Positions 1-12,620 of a stretch of 64,000 nt of DNA are shown here, in pieces; position 1 is the stretch's first letter, and each line of letters opens with the position of its first letter. The stretch lies in the NCBI RefSeq assembly GCF_009914755.1, contig NC_060948.1, one strand, 5' to 3'. This stretch comes from the human T2T-CHM13v2.0 reference genome, Homo sapiens. The notes below the pieces were generated by a model. That model was not told the DNA's origin and ran no database searches. It saw nothing but the letters and a program-made list of their open reading frames with translations. The translations under genes and the position numbers were made by a program.

Positions 1-499
1 TCGACTGGTACGTTGCTGAGGTGGAATTCATCTGCACCAGAAGCTGAAACCCTGCAAGGATTCTGTCAGGTCTAGGCAAATACATACTCCGAGTTCCATG
101 GTTCCTCCCTGAGGATGCTGTACTCACAGGGGCATTCCAAAGGACTTCTCATCCTGTGCCCTGGGCACACGGGAGGCCTACCGCCATGGTCGCCAATGCA
201 GTGATCCGTGTGCACTGCTTTGCTGGTGCAGAGGCTCTCACAAGTGCAGTGGTGGCCGTGTGCCTGCTAGCGGGGCTCTGGAAGCCAGGGCCTTGGCATC
301 CGACTCCAGGGCTGCCGTGCGCAGCTAACCCTGCTGGGTAGCTGAGCCCCAGTGTGAGTGTGACAGGCTAAGGGCCCTGTGGGGCCCCCCAGGAACCCTG
401 TTCCACATAGGTGTAGGATGTGGTTCTCAGCAGGGCAAGGCCCGCAGGCCTCTCCTGGAGTTGCCCCCAGAGTTGACGGGTGCCGGGGGGGTGGGGTGG

Positions 500-2647
500 G
501 AGGCACAGGCTTTGCTCTGTTGGAGCCTCAAGGAGGGCACCATGTTAAGGCTGGAGGCTGTGCAGGAGAGGATGGTCTGTGCACAGAGCAGGAAGACAAC
601 CCTGCGGGGAGAGGCATGCTAGTGGGGGATGACATCATTGCAGAGATGGAGGTGGTGGCCAAGGAGGAAGGCCAATGTGGAGCCACAGCAGGAGGACCTG
701 CAGGCACAGCCTGGCCCTGGCCCCAGTACGCCCCGGCCAGCAACAGACTCGCTGGACGTCCTTCACTTGGAGCTCGGCTACGTGAATGTCCCAGGCCACA
801 GGGCATCCCCGGCTTCTGGGCCAGAGCCATATCCTTGCAGCTGCCAATTCGGGATGGTTGGCAGCAGGGGATGGGCGCGGAGCTCCCGGGAGCGGAGGTG
901 GGGGGAAACAAGGTGGTAGGCACTGGCGGTCAGCCAGGATTCAGGGCATGGGGGACAACAAGGGGAACTGAGAACAGGCTCATGCGGATAGGAGGGCAGC
1001 TTAATTGCATGTGCCCTGAGGGCATGTGGTAGGGACAGGAAGCCAAGCACAGCACTCACCAGGGAGAATAGCAGCGCCAAGGACCCATCATAACAGCAGA
1101 AAGTTGAAGGATACGATTCACCGGGAAAGTCCCTGGAGGAAGGGGAGTCTGCATGCCCATGCCAGCCACGGAACTTCCCTGCTCCCCTTGCCTGTGTCCA
1201 GCAAGCTTACCCCAGAAACACAAGGTGCTCAAGACTCGGTGTCACTGTGCACGGGGCTGCTGTCCTATGCAAGGCAGGCACTATCTCCCCAGACACAATT
1301 TCTTCCCTCTGCCAGCGCTGCACCCAAAGATGTTTAGGCCCTGAGTATATATAAGCTCCCTTGAAACCACTCGAGCTCCACGGGGAGAGCCAGGCACAGC
1401 CCCGTAGCTACTTCTACCCACAGCGGTTGCCTGGGGTGGACACGTGCACCCCTCAGGGAGACCAGGAGAAGGAGAGACGGCACACCCAGACAGCAGCAGA
1501 GCCTGTCCAGCACCCAGCACAGGAGGGCCTCCTGCAGCTCAGAAACGCCGAGCAAGTAGTCGCCTCACACAACAACACCCCGCCCCCAACCCCCTGCCCA
1601 CTTCTTCAGTGCCAGCCCCTGGTCAGAGCAGGTTGTCTGGGCCTGCCTCCACCCACCACCAAGACCACCACAGCTCTGATGGTGCCCTCCACGCCAGACA
1701 GAGACAGAGGACCTGGAAGGGAAGGTGCCCTGCCCCACACTCTCCGTGCTCTTGCAAAGTTGCAGGGTGTTTCCTTGCACGCCCACCCAATCATCCGGCG
1801 GCTCCTTGACCAGAGGCAGATTGTGCGGCACACCGAGATGTTGGCCGGGATCACAAATGATGATGAAGTCCTGCTAAGCTACGTACGTGATGGATTTGCA
1901 GGTCGGGCTAAGGAGCCTGAGTCTTCGGGAGGGGTCTGGTGTCTGGGTCAGGTTGAGGTACCCCTGGGACCCGGGGGTGTCTCAATGAGAGAGTTGGGAA
2001 GGAGAAACACATGCTTCACCCCAGCTAACAGGTCACCTCACCCCAGCTACATGAAATGCTCCTTTGAGTACGTCCTCTTTCTCCTTCTTGGCCAGGTAAG
2101 GGGAGGAAAGCAACTCTTCCGGGTACCGGCAGCAGGATGAAGTTTTCCTTTTATCACAGTCTCTACTTCCACAATGAAGTGATCATTCAGGAGTACTGCC
2201 TTGGCATCCTCGGTAAGGAGCGCCTCCCAGCATGGTAGGGGAGCTGGTGTGTGGGAGGGTAGGTCTGGCATGAACCTTCCTGACTCCTCTCTCTGCAGGA
2301 TACGGGATGTCTCATTCCACTGCAGTCTAGTGGTTGTGGGATCATGAAGGTCAAGCCTCCAGCTGCAGGCCGTACAGCTCCTACCTGACCTTCTTCAGCT
2401 GGTTGGCTGACCATGACTGCCCAGGTTCTGGCAGGATTGCTGAGGTGAGCGCCAGGTAGGGCATCATGGGAAAGGATCTTGCTGGTCATTCCTTGGCCTC
2501 TGGGGAACTGGCTTTGAGCCATGACCTGAACTAACCTGTACCCACTTCTGCAGTCCCCTAGATCATCAGCCAGAGCCTGTAGCTCAATCCCCTGCAGTAC
2601 TTCTCCAGGGAGGGAGGCCATTAGAGAGTGAACAGAGAGGAGGCCAG
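500..2647 (+). pseudogene. TSPY: TSPY-family unprocessed pseudogene, copy 1 (exons ~500-828, 1820-1901, 2096-2212, 2299-2444, 2562-2647)
   Basis: Translations match TSPY in order: KEGTMLRLEAVQE, DDIIAEMEVVAKEE, QAQPGPGP..LHLELGYVN, IPGFWARA; IVRHTEMLAGITNDDEVLLSY; YFHNEVIIQEY; SHSTAV*W..LTFFSWLADHDCPGSGRIAE; IISQSL*LNPLQY. Lesions: exon-1 donor GT>AT (829-830), 4-bp GTAC duplication in exon 2, TAG at 2328-2330 and 2580-2582, frameshifts in exon 1. Confidence 0.93.
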
Positions 2648-3796
2648 GTGAGCAGTCTGGGGCTGGGGACTGAGAGGCGGTTGATTCCTGGAGTTGTGCC
2701 CCACATGGAGAAACCAAGCCTCAGGGAGGTGACTGCAGTGAGCAATCCCACGCCATCCATGGGCTGGCGGAGAAATGGCCATCAAAGAACTGTAACACCC
2801 ACATTTTAGGATTGGGGCACCTTCAGCCGCCTAAGAGGAATAAGTGTCTAAGGTCAGTGGGTGAGAAGCAAGGCTCAAGTGGTAGCTGTCTCATCATCCC
2901 TCACCGGCTGAGGCCTGAGGCCGGCTACCACTTGGGGCTCAGTTTGGGCTCAACCAGGGCCCTCTCACCCTCCACGCAGATATCCTCCCAAGGCCCCTCT
3001 CTATGTCTTCCCTGATGGGCTGTCCCACGCCCATCATTTTTTGTTACAATGATCCCAGGCTTCCCTGAGATGCTTTCTGCCCTCTGCCATCATCACCCAC
3101 ACTTCCCTGCCCCACCCTGCCCCACCAGACAAGAGAGGCCGCTACACAGGGAATCTGGAGAACCACACTGGGCTCACAGGGGAGGAAATGTGAAGAGATT
3201 GCAAAATGGATGAGCCCTTCATTGTGTGTCCAGGGAGGGAACCTGGCTGGGAATTAAGGCCCACCTGAGTAGTGGTGTGGACACCCAGTGTTACTTATCA
3301 TGATGAAGACCTGCTTTGTCACATCCCCTAATATTAATATGGAAGTTATTTTCTTGGAACAGTGAAACAATGTGTACAAAGAAATAGTGTTTGTTCAGAT
3401 TTGTGTAGAAATACTGCAGACGCGTCCCTTTTCCATTACAATTCTTATGTGAGACTTGAAGTGTTTATTGAGTTGTAAGATACATTTTGATGGTTCTGCC
3501 CCCAGCAAATTTTATGATCATGTTTGCACTGTAGAGACATGGAATCCAGAAAAGTTTTGAGTGACTTTCAGCTTCTTGTAGAGTACTTACTTGTAAATTT
3601 TGAATTTTTTTCCGTATAGTTCTCTTCAGTTTATTATTTTAATTTTATGTGCAAGGTGATTCATTTGTTTTATTTGCCTTTTGTGGAAACTTTGTTTTAA
3701 TGTACTTTCTGTTTTCCGTTAGATATGCGAGTTGAACTGTGAGTACAAAATTTTTATTTTCATTTTTTAGTTGTTTTGGGGTGTCTGTGTGTGTTT

Positions 3797-4075
3797 TGAG
3801 GAGTACTGCTCTGTCACCCAGGCTGGAGTGAAGTGGCAGGATCTCGGCTCAACCTCAACCTCCGCCTCCCAGCTTCAAGCAATTCCCCTGCCTCGGCCTT
3901 CTGAGGAGTTGGGATTACTGGTGCATGCCACCATGTGCAGCTAATTTTTGTATTTTTAGTCAAGACTGGGTTTCACCATATTTGCCAGGCTGGTCTCCGA
4001 CTCCTCACCTCAACTGATCCACCCACTTTTGCCTGCCAAACTGCCAGGCTTACAGCGTGAGCCACCATGCCCAGC
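3797..4075 (-). mobile_element. Alu (S-type), shared with the duplicated unit (24228-24510)
   Basis: ctctgtcacccaggctggagtg..gtgagccaccatgcccagcc. Confidence 0.9.
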
Positions 4076-4373
4076 CTCATTTATTTGTTTCTGTATTAGA
4101 ACCCTTCTTGTATACTCTTCATGTACACACATTTTAGAGTGAATGGAAGAGTGTATTTTATTTATTTAGTCAATAGTAGAATTTTAAACGCAATGTTTTT
4201 ATTCAGTAAATACAGTATTGTGAATAGGTTAAACCTAGTATAGTATTGTCATTCTCTCTTTCATAAATTTTTCAAGAACGCTGATACTGTTTCCGTCCCC
4301 CCGCCTCCGAGGAGAACACGCAGATAGGTCCAAAAAATTGTGGAAGTGAGTGGGTATGAAAATATAATTTGAA

Positions 4374-4655
4374 GGCCGGACGGGGTGTTTCACGCCTGCA
4401 ATCCCCACACTTTCGGAGGCCAAGGCTGGTGGATTACCAGACGTCAGAAGTTCAAGACCAGCGGGGTCAACATGGTGAAACCCCACCTCTACTAAATATT
4501 CGAAAATTAGCTGGGCATGGTGGCAGGTTCCTGTAATCCTAGCTATTTGGGAGGCTGAGGCAGGAGAATCGGTTGAACCCAAGAGGCGGTGGTTGCAGTG
4601 AGCCAAGATCACGCCACTGCACTACAGCCTGGGTCACAAGACCAAAGCTTTGTCT
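4374..4655 (+). mobile_element. Alu (S-type)
   Basis: ggccggacggggtg..cactttcggaggccaagg..gcagtgagccaagatcacgccactgcac. Confidence 0.9.
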
Positions 4656-4789
4656 CCACCACCCCACACCCCCCAAGAAAGCATTATTTTGGGAAAAACC
4701 CATCCAGCACTTGTAAAAATAAGGAATTATTAGGCATGGCCACTGTAGTGGTCTGAAACACACTTTGAAATTCTTCTCAAACCCATTTG

Positions 4790-5280
4790 AAAATATTCCT
4801 GATGGAACTGAACACAGTACTTGCTTCTAATGTATAGAAAACACTGCAAGCAGTTTCTGGATACTGGACCACCTCTGGCCTAGTTTAGAGACGGTGACAC
4901 GGCTCTGCCTAGGTCTCCTGCTCTCATGGGGACAAACCCCTTAGGAGCCCCCGACCAGTACATCACGCAGTCTAACACCCTGATAACACTATGCAGAAGG
5001 GACATCCAATGGAGAGACTCAAAGAAACAGAACAAGATGTCTGAGCATCTCAGCAGTCCAGCCCCTGCTATTTGAGTCACGCTAGCCATGGCACCAGGGA
5101 GATGAGAAGACACCCGCCAATGTCCCCATCTTTGGCCATCACTAGATTGCATCCTCCTGAGTGCCCCTGAACCACATTCATTTGGCTGAGAGACTGAGGG
5201 CGATTGCAGAGACTGACAGTTAGTAAATTATAATTATGGTTTTAAGCCACTAAGTTTTAGATAATTCTGAAAAGCACTTT
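4790..5280 (+). mobile_element. MaLR (MLT1-like) LTR
   Basis: Ends with ataattatggttttaagccactaagttttagataatt, typical of MLT1 3' ends; contains ccagatgag-like and gactgcatc-like MaLR motifs. Confidence 0.6.
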
Positions 5281-5744
5281 AGACTCCTAGAAAAACTGTG
5301 TCGTCTACTGACTTCATTGCAGAGAGCTGTAAAGGCCAACATCATGAATGCTAATACCCTGGAAAAGTCAAATCATCGAGACTCTTCTAAGCACAACAGA
5401 TCTTTAATGTCCCTTCGCTATGGCTGGAGAATAATCTAACATGTATCTGATAGAGTTGTTGGAAAGCCTCTGTTCACATCTCTCAGCCTGGTATGGGTCA
5501 ACTCTGGTCTGCTTTAATTCTAGGCAACTGCAGCAGTTCACCTTCCATTTTAGGTCGTGGCCTACACTGATTTTTTGATCACTGACTGTGTCTTTGTCTG
5601 TGTGTGTATGTTTTGTGTGTTATCATATTTTATCTGAGGAGGCTAAATAATAGTACTATAGTTTTGTAAACAGAAAACATTCCAGGAAGTCAGTATTGCT
5701 TATAAACTGAGCTTTAAAATAGATATGAAATTAGACATGGCAAG

Positions 5745-8120
5745 ATGCCATGTCTACTATCATACCAAAGCTAGCCAAGCTTGGTGGCCCATGGATATTA
5801 TCCCAGCTACTTGGAAGGCTGATGCAGGAGAATCCATTGAATCCTGGTGATGGAGTTTGCAGTAAAGTGAGATCACACCACTGTGCTCCAGCCTGGGCAG
5901 CACAGCGAGACTCTGTCTCAGAAATAAAAAGAGAATAAAATAATAAAATAGGAGAGATTACTGAAGAGACAAATGCATAAAACTGGGTGGGCATTGTGGC
6001 TCACGCCTGGATCCCAGCATTCTCAGAGGATGAGGTGGGTGGATCACTAGAGGACAAGAGTTCAAGACCAGCCCGAGCAAATATTGTGAAACCTGGTCTC
6101 TACTGAAAATAGAAATACACACACACACACACATACACACACACACACACACAGGATTGGTGTCATATGACTGCAGTTGCAGTTGCTTAGGAGGGTGTGA
6201 CTGGACAATTGCTTGAACCCGTGATAAGGAGGGAGCAGTGAGCTGAGATCACGCCACTGCACTCCAGCCTAGGTGACAGGGCAGGATTCTTTCTTAAAAA
6301 AAAAAAAATCAGTGAGAGAAAAAGATACAGAGACAAAAAGAAAGAAAGACAGGAAGGAAGAAAGGAAGGGAGGGAAGGAGGAAGGGAATGAAAATTTGTA
6401 CCTAACAGTTGTAGATACTTTTGGCATACATGTGATATTTTGATACAAGTAATGTGAACTGGTAAGCGAGGGATCAAAGAGGGGATGGGGGTGGGTTAAA
6501 TTATACTTGCTTAGAAGGAATAATATCTAGTGTTCAGTGGCACAGGATGACTACACTTAATAATGATTTATTGTACATCTCAAAATAATTAATAGAGCGA
6601 AGGTGGAATGTCGCTGATACCAAGAAAAGATACGCCAGACTCAGTGAGGTGGAATGTCGCTCATAATGAGAAAAGATATGCCAGACTCAGTGGCTCACGG
6701 CTATAATCACAACACTTTGGGAAGCCAGGGAAGGAGGATTATTTCGGTCTGGGAGATTGAGACCAGCCTGAACAATATATCCAAAGCATTGTCCCTACCA
6801 CACACACACAAACACAAAAGTTGGGCACAGTGATGTGTGTCTGTAATCCCAACTACTTGGGAGGCTGAAATGGAAGGCTTGTGCATTTGAACCCAGGAGT
6901 TCGAGGCTGCAGTGAGCCTTGACGGTGCCACTGCAGTCCAGGCTGGACAACAGAGGGAGACCCTGTGTCTAAAAAAGCAAAAAGAAAGAATAAATGCTTG
7001 AAATGAAGGATACCTTATTTATTATTTACATATTTGTAGATTTATATAATTATTTTTGATTTGGAGTCTCGCTCTGTCACCCAGGCTAGAGTACATAGTG
7101 CAATATTGGCTCACTGCAGCCTCAGGCTCCCAGGTTCAAACAATTCTCCTGCCTGAGCCCCCCAATTAACTGTAACATACTACAGGTGTGCACCACCATG
7201 CCCAGCAAATTTTCATATTTTTGCTAGAGATGGGGTTTCATGGTATTGGTCAGGCTGGTCTGGAACTCCCGACCTAAAGTGATCAGCAAGCCTTGGCCTC
7301 AAAGTGCTGGAATTAAAAACCTGAGCCGTCACACCTGGGCAGTAAGATACATAAGACTAGGGAATTTTATTTTTTCACTTCATCCTCACAATCCTACATT
7401 GTAGGTGAATGAAAACACAACTTCATAACACAAATAACTCACTTGAAAATCCAAGTTGGTAACTTCTCCCTTTAAAATTATTTGCACCCTTACCTATAGA
7501 AATTGAAGATGTTGTCAAAATTTTATCAAGAAAATATTTCCTCATTGCAGATTAGTCTGTTAATTGTAAGAATTATGGATTGTAAAACTTCTGGAACTTC
7601 ATGTATTTCATTTCTTTAGGTTGTACAATGTATAATCAGAAAAATTAATTGGTTTAGTTATTTAAGTCCAAATCTTTTTATTTTTACCATTTGATGATTT
7701 ATTAAACCTTTAAGCAATCCCCTGTCTGAAATGTTATGCTGCTGTTTTGTTTTATACACTTCACTTCCCAAAAGTATGAGGTTGAAAGTGCTTCCATTCA
7801 TATAACCAATTAAGTCTGATAGGCTGAGAGTGGTGGCTCATGCCTGTAATCCTAGAACTTTGGCAGTCTGAGGAGGGTGGATCAGGATTTTAAGAACAGG
7901 CTGGCAAGTGTGGTGGAACGCTGTCTATACTAAAAATACAAAAAATTAGCCAGCTGTAGTGCACACTTATCTAATACCAGTTACTCAAGATGCTGAGGCA
8001 GGACAATAGATTGGACCCAGAAGGTGGAGGTTGTAGTAAGCCAAGATGGAGCCACTGCACCCCTGCTTGGGTGACAAAGCTACATCCCATCTCAAAACAA
8101 ACAAACAAACAAACAAAAAA
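5745..8120. mobile_element. Alu cluster: ~5745-5945(+, partial), ~5985-6308(+, (CA)n in linker), ~6680-6990(+), ~7055-7340(-), ~7822-8120(+)
   Basis: Repeated Alu consensus motifs (gtggctcacgcct, gagttcaagaccagcc, ccactgcactccagcct) with A-rich tails. Confidence 0.85.
6601..6691 (+). repeat. ~46-bp tandem duplication spanning an L1-fragment/Alu junction
   Basis: aggtggaatgtcgct..gaaaagata(c/t)gccagactcagtg x2; the last ~13 bp are the Alu 5' start. Confidence 0.85.
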
Positions 8121-9916
8121 CTGATAAAATTCCAACCACTCTAGATTATTCCTATTTGTAACAACTTATTACTACACCATGACTTACAACAACCATTGTC
8201 AAAACTTTTAAGAAAAAAATAACATGACTACCTCCCAAGACCAAACACTTACTTTCCACCATTTAAACTAGGAAAATTTAATTTCATTATGCTATGCACT
8301 TGAGAAACTTAGCTGGTTCACTTTTCATTTAGGTAAAAAAAAGTTTTCATTAGCATTATCCCTCTTCAGTCACAGAATGCTTCAAGTAGAATGTTCTGGA
8401 TGTCTTAAATTTTAATATCAACCACATCTAATTATTTCCTTTGACCTGTACTATTCCTCTAAAGGATAAACATATGGTGAGGCAGAGAGTCTTGTAGTCT
8501 TTCTGAAGACTACTCAAACATTGTAAGCTTGTAAGTTTTTAAAGAGAAACAGCCTATTTAGAAAACTTGTGCAGCTTGCAAGGGAGACATAACATATGCC
8601 TAATTTTGTATCTATTTATGTTCAAAGAAATAAAGGAAAATGTTCAACAAACAATGCAATTTACTCTCTTATTGAATTTGCTTTTAAGCATGTGCAGCTG
8701 AGCAAAAACATTAGGCATTTTGCATTACATGTAAAATTTTATTCTGAAAATTTTAATGTAGATATTACATCTAAACAGATAGTTTTCAAATAGCATTAGC
8801 TAGTATGAAATTACTTGGAAATAAAATTCCCTTTATTTATTGGAAATAAAATTCCTTTGAATACCTCAAAAAATTCATGGAGGAAGTTAGTATCTACCTC
8901 TCTCCACAAAACATACATGTTTCTTTTAGTAAGACGCAGGTAACAATGCAGAAATAACAGGTCAATTTTCGATTTGCAAACAAGGTTTAGTATGCAATAA
9001 CTATTATTTGAATACTTGCTTTCATATCTGCTTCAGCCTCTTTTGTCAGATCCACCTTCCCCACCATCTCCTGTAGATGACAAATATCTTGAGCTACCAC
9101 ATGTTTCACAAGGAGCAGGGTGTACCCTATCCAGAGAAGGTAGATTGCTTTGGTCTTTTCTGTCAACGTGCCCACAATCACGGGAATAAAAATCACCACA
9201 GCTCCTTGAGTAACTCTCCCGACTTATGCCATATCTATCTCATTTATTGCTATAATCATGGTGGCTGCTTCCACCATAAGACAACAGAGGCACTCCTGCA
9301 GATGGTGCACCATGAGAGGTCCCTGCAGGGGACCCTGCAGGGTTGATAAAATAATATGTTGGACTATATTTAAACATTATTACTGCTATCACTAAAGCAT
9401 GATTAAGTTAAAGTACTATTTGGAAATATCTACTTTCCTCTGTCTTTGTCGACAGGATATTAATTATGCCTGCAATAATCAGAAGGTTTTATTAATAAGA
9501 AGTGTAAGAGAAGTTATTTTGAAGCTTAACAAATTTAATTCTAAAGTAAAAGTTGAGTCACATTTTCTGAACGTGAACTGAAGTTCTCACCTTCATATCA
9601 TTCCCTATGCTTTCTTCTGTTAAGAATACTCAATATTTAGACATGTTATATTTGTCCCTCGTAATTTTCCTTAGAATTTCATTAAAATAACGATCTGGTC
9701 TATTAAACACAATTCTATAATTTACAAATCCATCCCGGACCCTTACCCTATCTCTGAAATGCATCTCTATAAGAACTTCCACTTGGACGTTCAGAATGAT
9801 CTCTAACATCACCTCACCACAGCCATCACAATCACTAAATTGAAAAAAAAAATTCTTAATGTCAGAATGAACCATTTAAGAATTCTATTTGACAAGTCCA
9901 GGAAATGTTGTAATAC

Positions 9917-10027
9917 CTATATCCTCTAGAGAAATGTTCATCCCAACTAGAATGACCATAATCATGGTATGCATAGTCTCTAGACAGTGGAGCATAATCC
10001 CTAGATTCTCGGGAAAGTGGATGATTT
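9917..10027 (-). CDS. RBMY2: Single 111-nt SRGY-box exon of the RBMY2-type gene
   Basis: cag|A AAT CAT CCA ... TCT AGA GGA TAT AG|gtatta; a 37-aa SRGY repeat present once (RBMY1 has four). Confidence 0.92.
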
Positions 10028-10089
10028 CTGTGGGCATAAGTTTAAACAACAAATATTAAATTTTCAACTTCTAGTATCCAAAACATAAC

Positions 10090-10870
10090 TAACTTACAAC
10101 TTAAACAAAATTAAAAGGCCAAACATCTAAACAGATATTTCTCCAAATAAAATAGGCAAATGCCCAAAAAGCACATGGAACAGATACTCATAATCGGTGA
10201 TTCAGAAAAAGCATTTCAAATCCAAAGTGAGATACCATACTTCCCACACACACTAGAATGGCAATAAAAAGCAGGAAATAGCAAGTGTTTGAGAGGGTGA
10301 AGATAAATTGGAACCTTGATACAATGCTAGTTGGAAGGGAAAATGATGCAGCTGCTATGGAGACATGTGGTGTTTCCTCAAGAAAACAAACATAATTATT
10401 ACAGAACCAAGCAATTCCATTTATATATACACCCAGAATTGAATAAGTGTACTCAAACAAATACTGGAGCATAGAAATACTGTGGTAGAAACAACCCAAA
10501 TAAAATAATGGGTTAACCGCTTGTGGAAGGATTTAAGTGCTATGATGTAAATGAAACTTCGGGACATGATACAAAAGGAAAGGAGACAGATACAAAAAGT
10601 CATGTAGTGTATAAGCCCATTAACATTAAATGCCCACAACATGTAAGTTCAGAGGCAGAGCAAAGACTGATGTTTGCCAGTAGCTGAGGGAAGGAAGAAA
10701 ATGAAAGGGACTGCTTAACTGGTAGCTGGAGTTTTAGTTTGTAGTCATGAAAATGTTTTGGAACTTGATGGAGTTAGCTGCTGCACAACACAGGATGTAT
10801 TTAATGCCACCTGTTTACCTTATAATATTTAATTTTATTATGTGAATTTCATCACCATAACAAAAAAAAT
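10090..10870 (+). mobile_element. Old L1M fragment in an RBMY2 intron
   Basis: L1 ORF2-end/3'UTR-like motifs: aacagatatttctccaaa, agataccatacttc..ctagaatggc, gcaattccatttat, aaaatgttttggaacttgat, ttatgtgaatttcatc. Confidence 0.7.
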
Positions 10871-12329
10871 CAACTTCTAAAAAATATTTTCTTTACCTTT
10901 CCTTAATTGCATAACCATCATCTCTTGGTGACATACGGTCATTTCTCCAGGAAGAGATTGGCTCTCTGCATGGAGGACCTCCATAATTCTCTCTTCCACG
11001 TGATATGGGACCTTTAATATTAAAATGATGAAACAGGGAAAGAACAGCAAATCCGAAATACTATTTTCTCTTCTCTCAAACAACTTTTTAAAATTATTTC
11101 TTCTATGACTCCACTATGACTCCATTTTTCATTCCCTAAATTACTAGAAAGTCATGACACTGTGAATATTTCTTATGGCTTTGGATAATCCCATGGCTAC
11201 TGCAAGGCCAGTTCTTCTAACAGAGCTGAAGACAGACATTAATTCTTAGGTAAAAGTTCATCTGTAATGGTAAATAACTAGTTAGTTATTGTTTTTCCTT
11301 TCATATGAATTACTGATGACTACCAATGATACAGGGAAGACATGTAAAAGCACCAAACTCTTCACAGATTTTTAAGTTTACATCCATTGTCCCTTCTCAG
11401 CTGAAGAAGGTAAATTTTCCTATGTTGTTCAATCCACCTCACACGCACAAATGATGCTACCTTTGAATGATTGGATGCTAAATTTTTACATAAAAGGTCT
11501 TCTTTATCTCTAAGTGGTTGGCTCTACCTTAAATGTTGACAAATTGAAATATACTAGTGAAAACTTTCTAATGATGGCCAAGATTTACTTTTACTGCAAT
11601 AAGCAATCCTGTTAAAGGGGTCATTACGACATTGTTGCTATTTCAAAATAGAAAATGTTCTCCTTTAATATACTCTTTATGTGCTATTCCTTAGAGGTCA
11701 GTCTTTCACCTATGATATGTTCACTGGCTAATTTTCCAATGGAAATGTGTTGGCTTATGTATGCTGAAGTCAATAAATATCTAATTTCACCGATACTCTA
11801 CATATGAAATGTAAAATTGAAAACAGCAGTTTTCAATTTCCTCCATATTGGGGTGGAGGACTAAGTAAGAATTTTAATTTGTTCTGCCTAAACTTCTTTG
11901 CTAAGAACTTTTATTTACTGTCTTGCTTTCTTCTGTTCTGTCTGCAATCTTAACAATTCTCCTTCTCAAAAATATTACTTCTATTCAATCCTACCGCTCA
12001 CCTCAGGTTGCTTAGTTCTAAATTCTCTCCTCAAATAATTTCCAGTCTTACGCTAAGGATCTTGTGTTAATGTTTAAACATCCCGGTAAAATCTTAATTA
12101 TTGATTTACATGACCTTATATTTCACATCTCTGCACTTCTATGATATCCACTTAATTTAAGAATATTGGACTCCTTCATGTCTACCTTTCAAGACTTGAT
12201 TTTATTTTTAAATAATAGGTAAGCCCAGTGACTCCTTTTCTGCTAAATGCTCTTGTAGTTCTTTTGAATCTTCATAGAAGCAGTAAGAATGCCTTGCACA
12301 TAAACATTATTGAGGTCTCAGAAGCTGGA

Positions 12330-12620
12330 TGGTCAGGCTCAGCAGCTCACAGTGCGAGTCAGTGTGGAAGGCAGAGACAGCTGGACTGCTTGAGCCGCTG
12401 GCTTTTATGTCAGTTTTGACAATGTAGTGACATCCTCTGTCTACAAAAATACAGGAAAAAAAAATTAGCTAGGTGTGGTGGTGCATGCCTGTAGTTGCAG
12501 CAACTCAGGAGGCTGAAACAGGATAATTGTTTGAGCCCAGGATTTTGAGGCTGTAGTAAGCCATCATTTCACCAATGCACTCTGACCTGGTAAGAGCAAG
12601 ACTCCAACCCAATAAAGAAA
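12330..12620 (+). mobile_element. Old Alu (J-type)
   Basis: ttagctaggtgtggtggtgcatgcctgtag..gagcccaggattttgaggctgtagtaagc. Confidence 0.75.

Larger units (their letters stand above)
1..4373 (+). repeat. Segmental duplication unit A (TSPY pseudogene plus flanks), paralogous to ~21090-24810
   Basis: Colinear similarity from ctggtacgttgctgaggtggaattc (5) vs ctggcaccttcctggggtggaattc (~21093) to aaaatataatttgaa (~4360 vs ~24795), including an Alu at the same position. Confidence 0.92.

Noticed and set aside
1361-2140. 259-aa ORF on +
   Set aside because: Mostly GC-rich TSPY intron 1 reading into exon 2 (ITNDDEVLLSY); not an independent gene.
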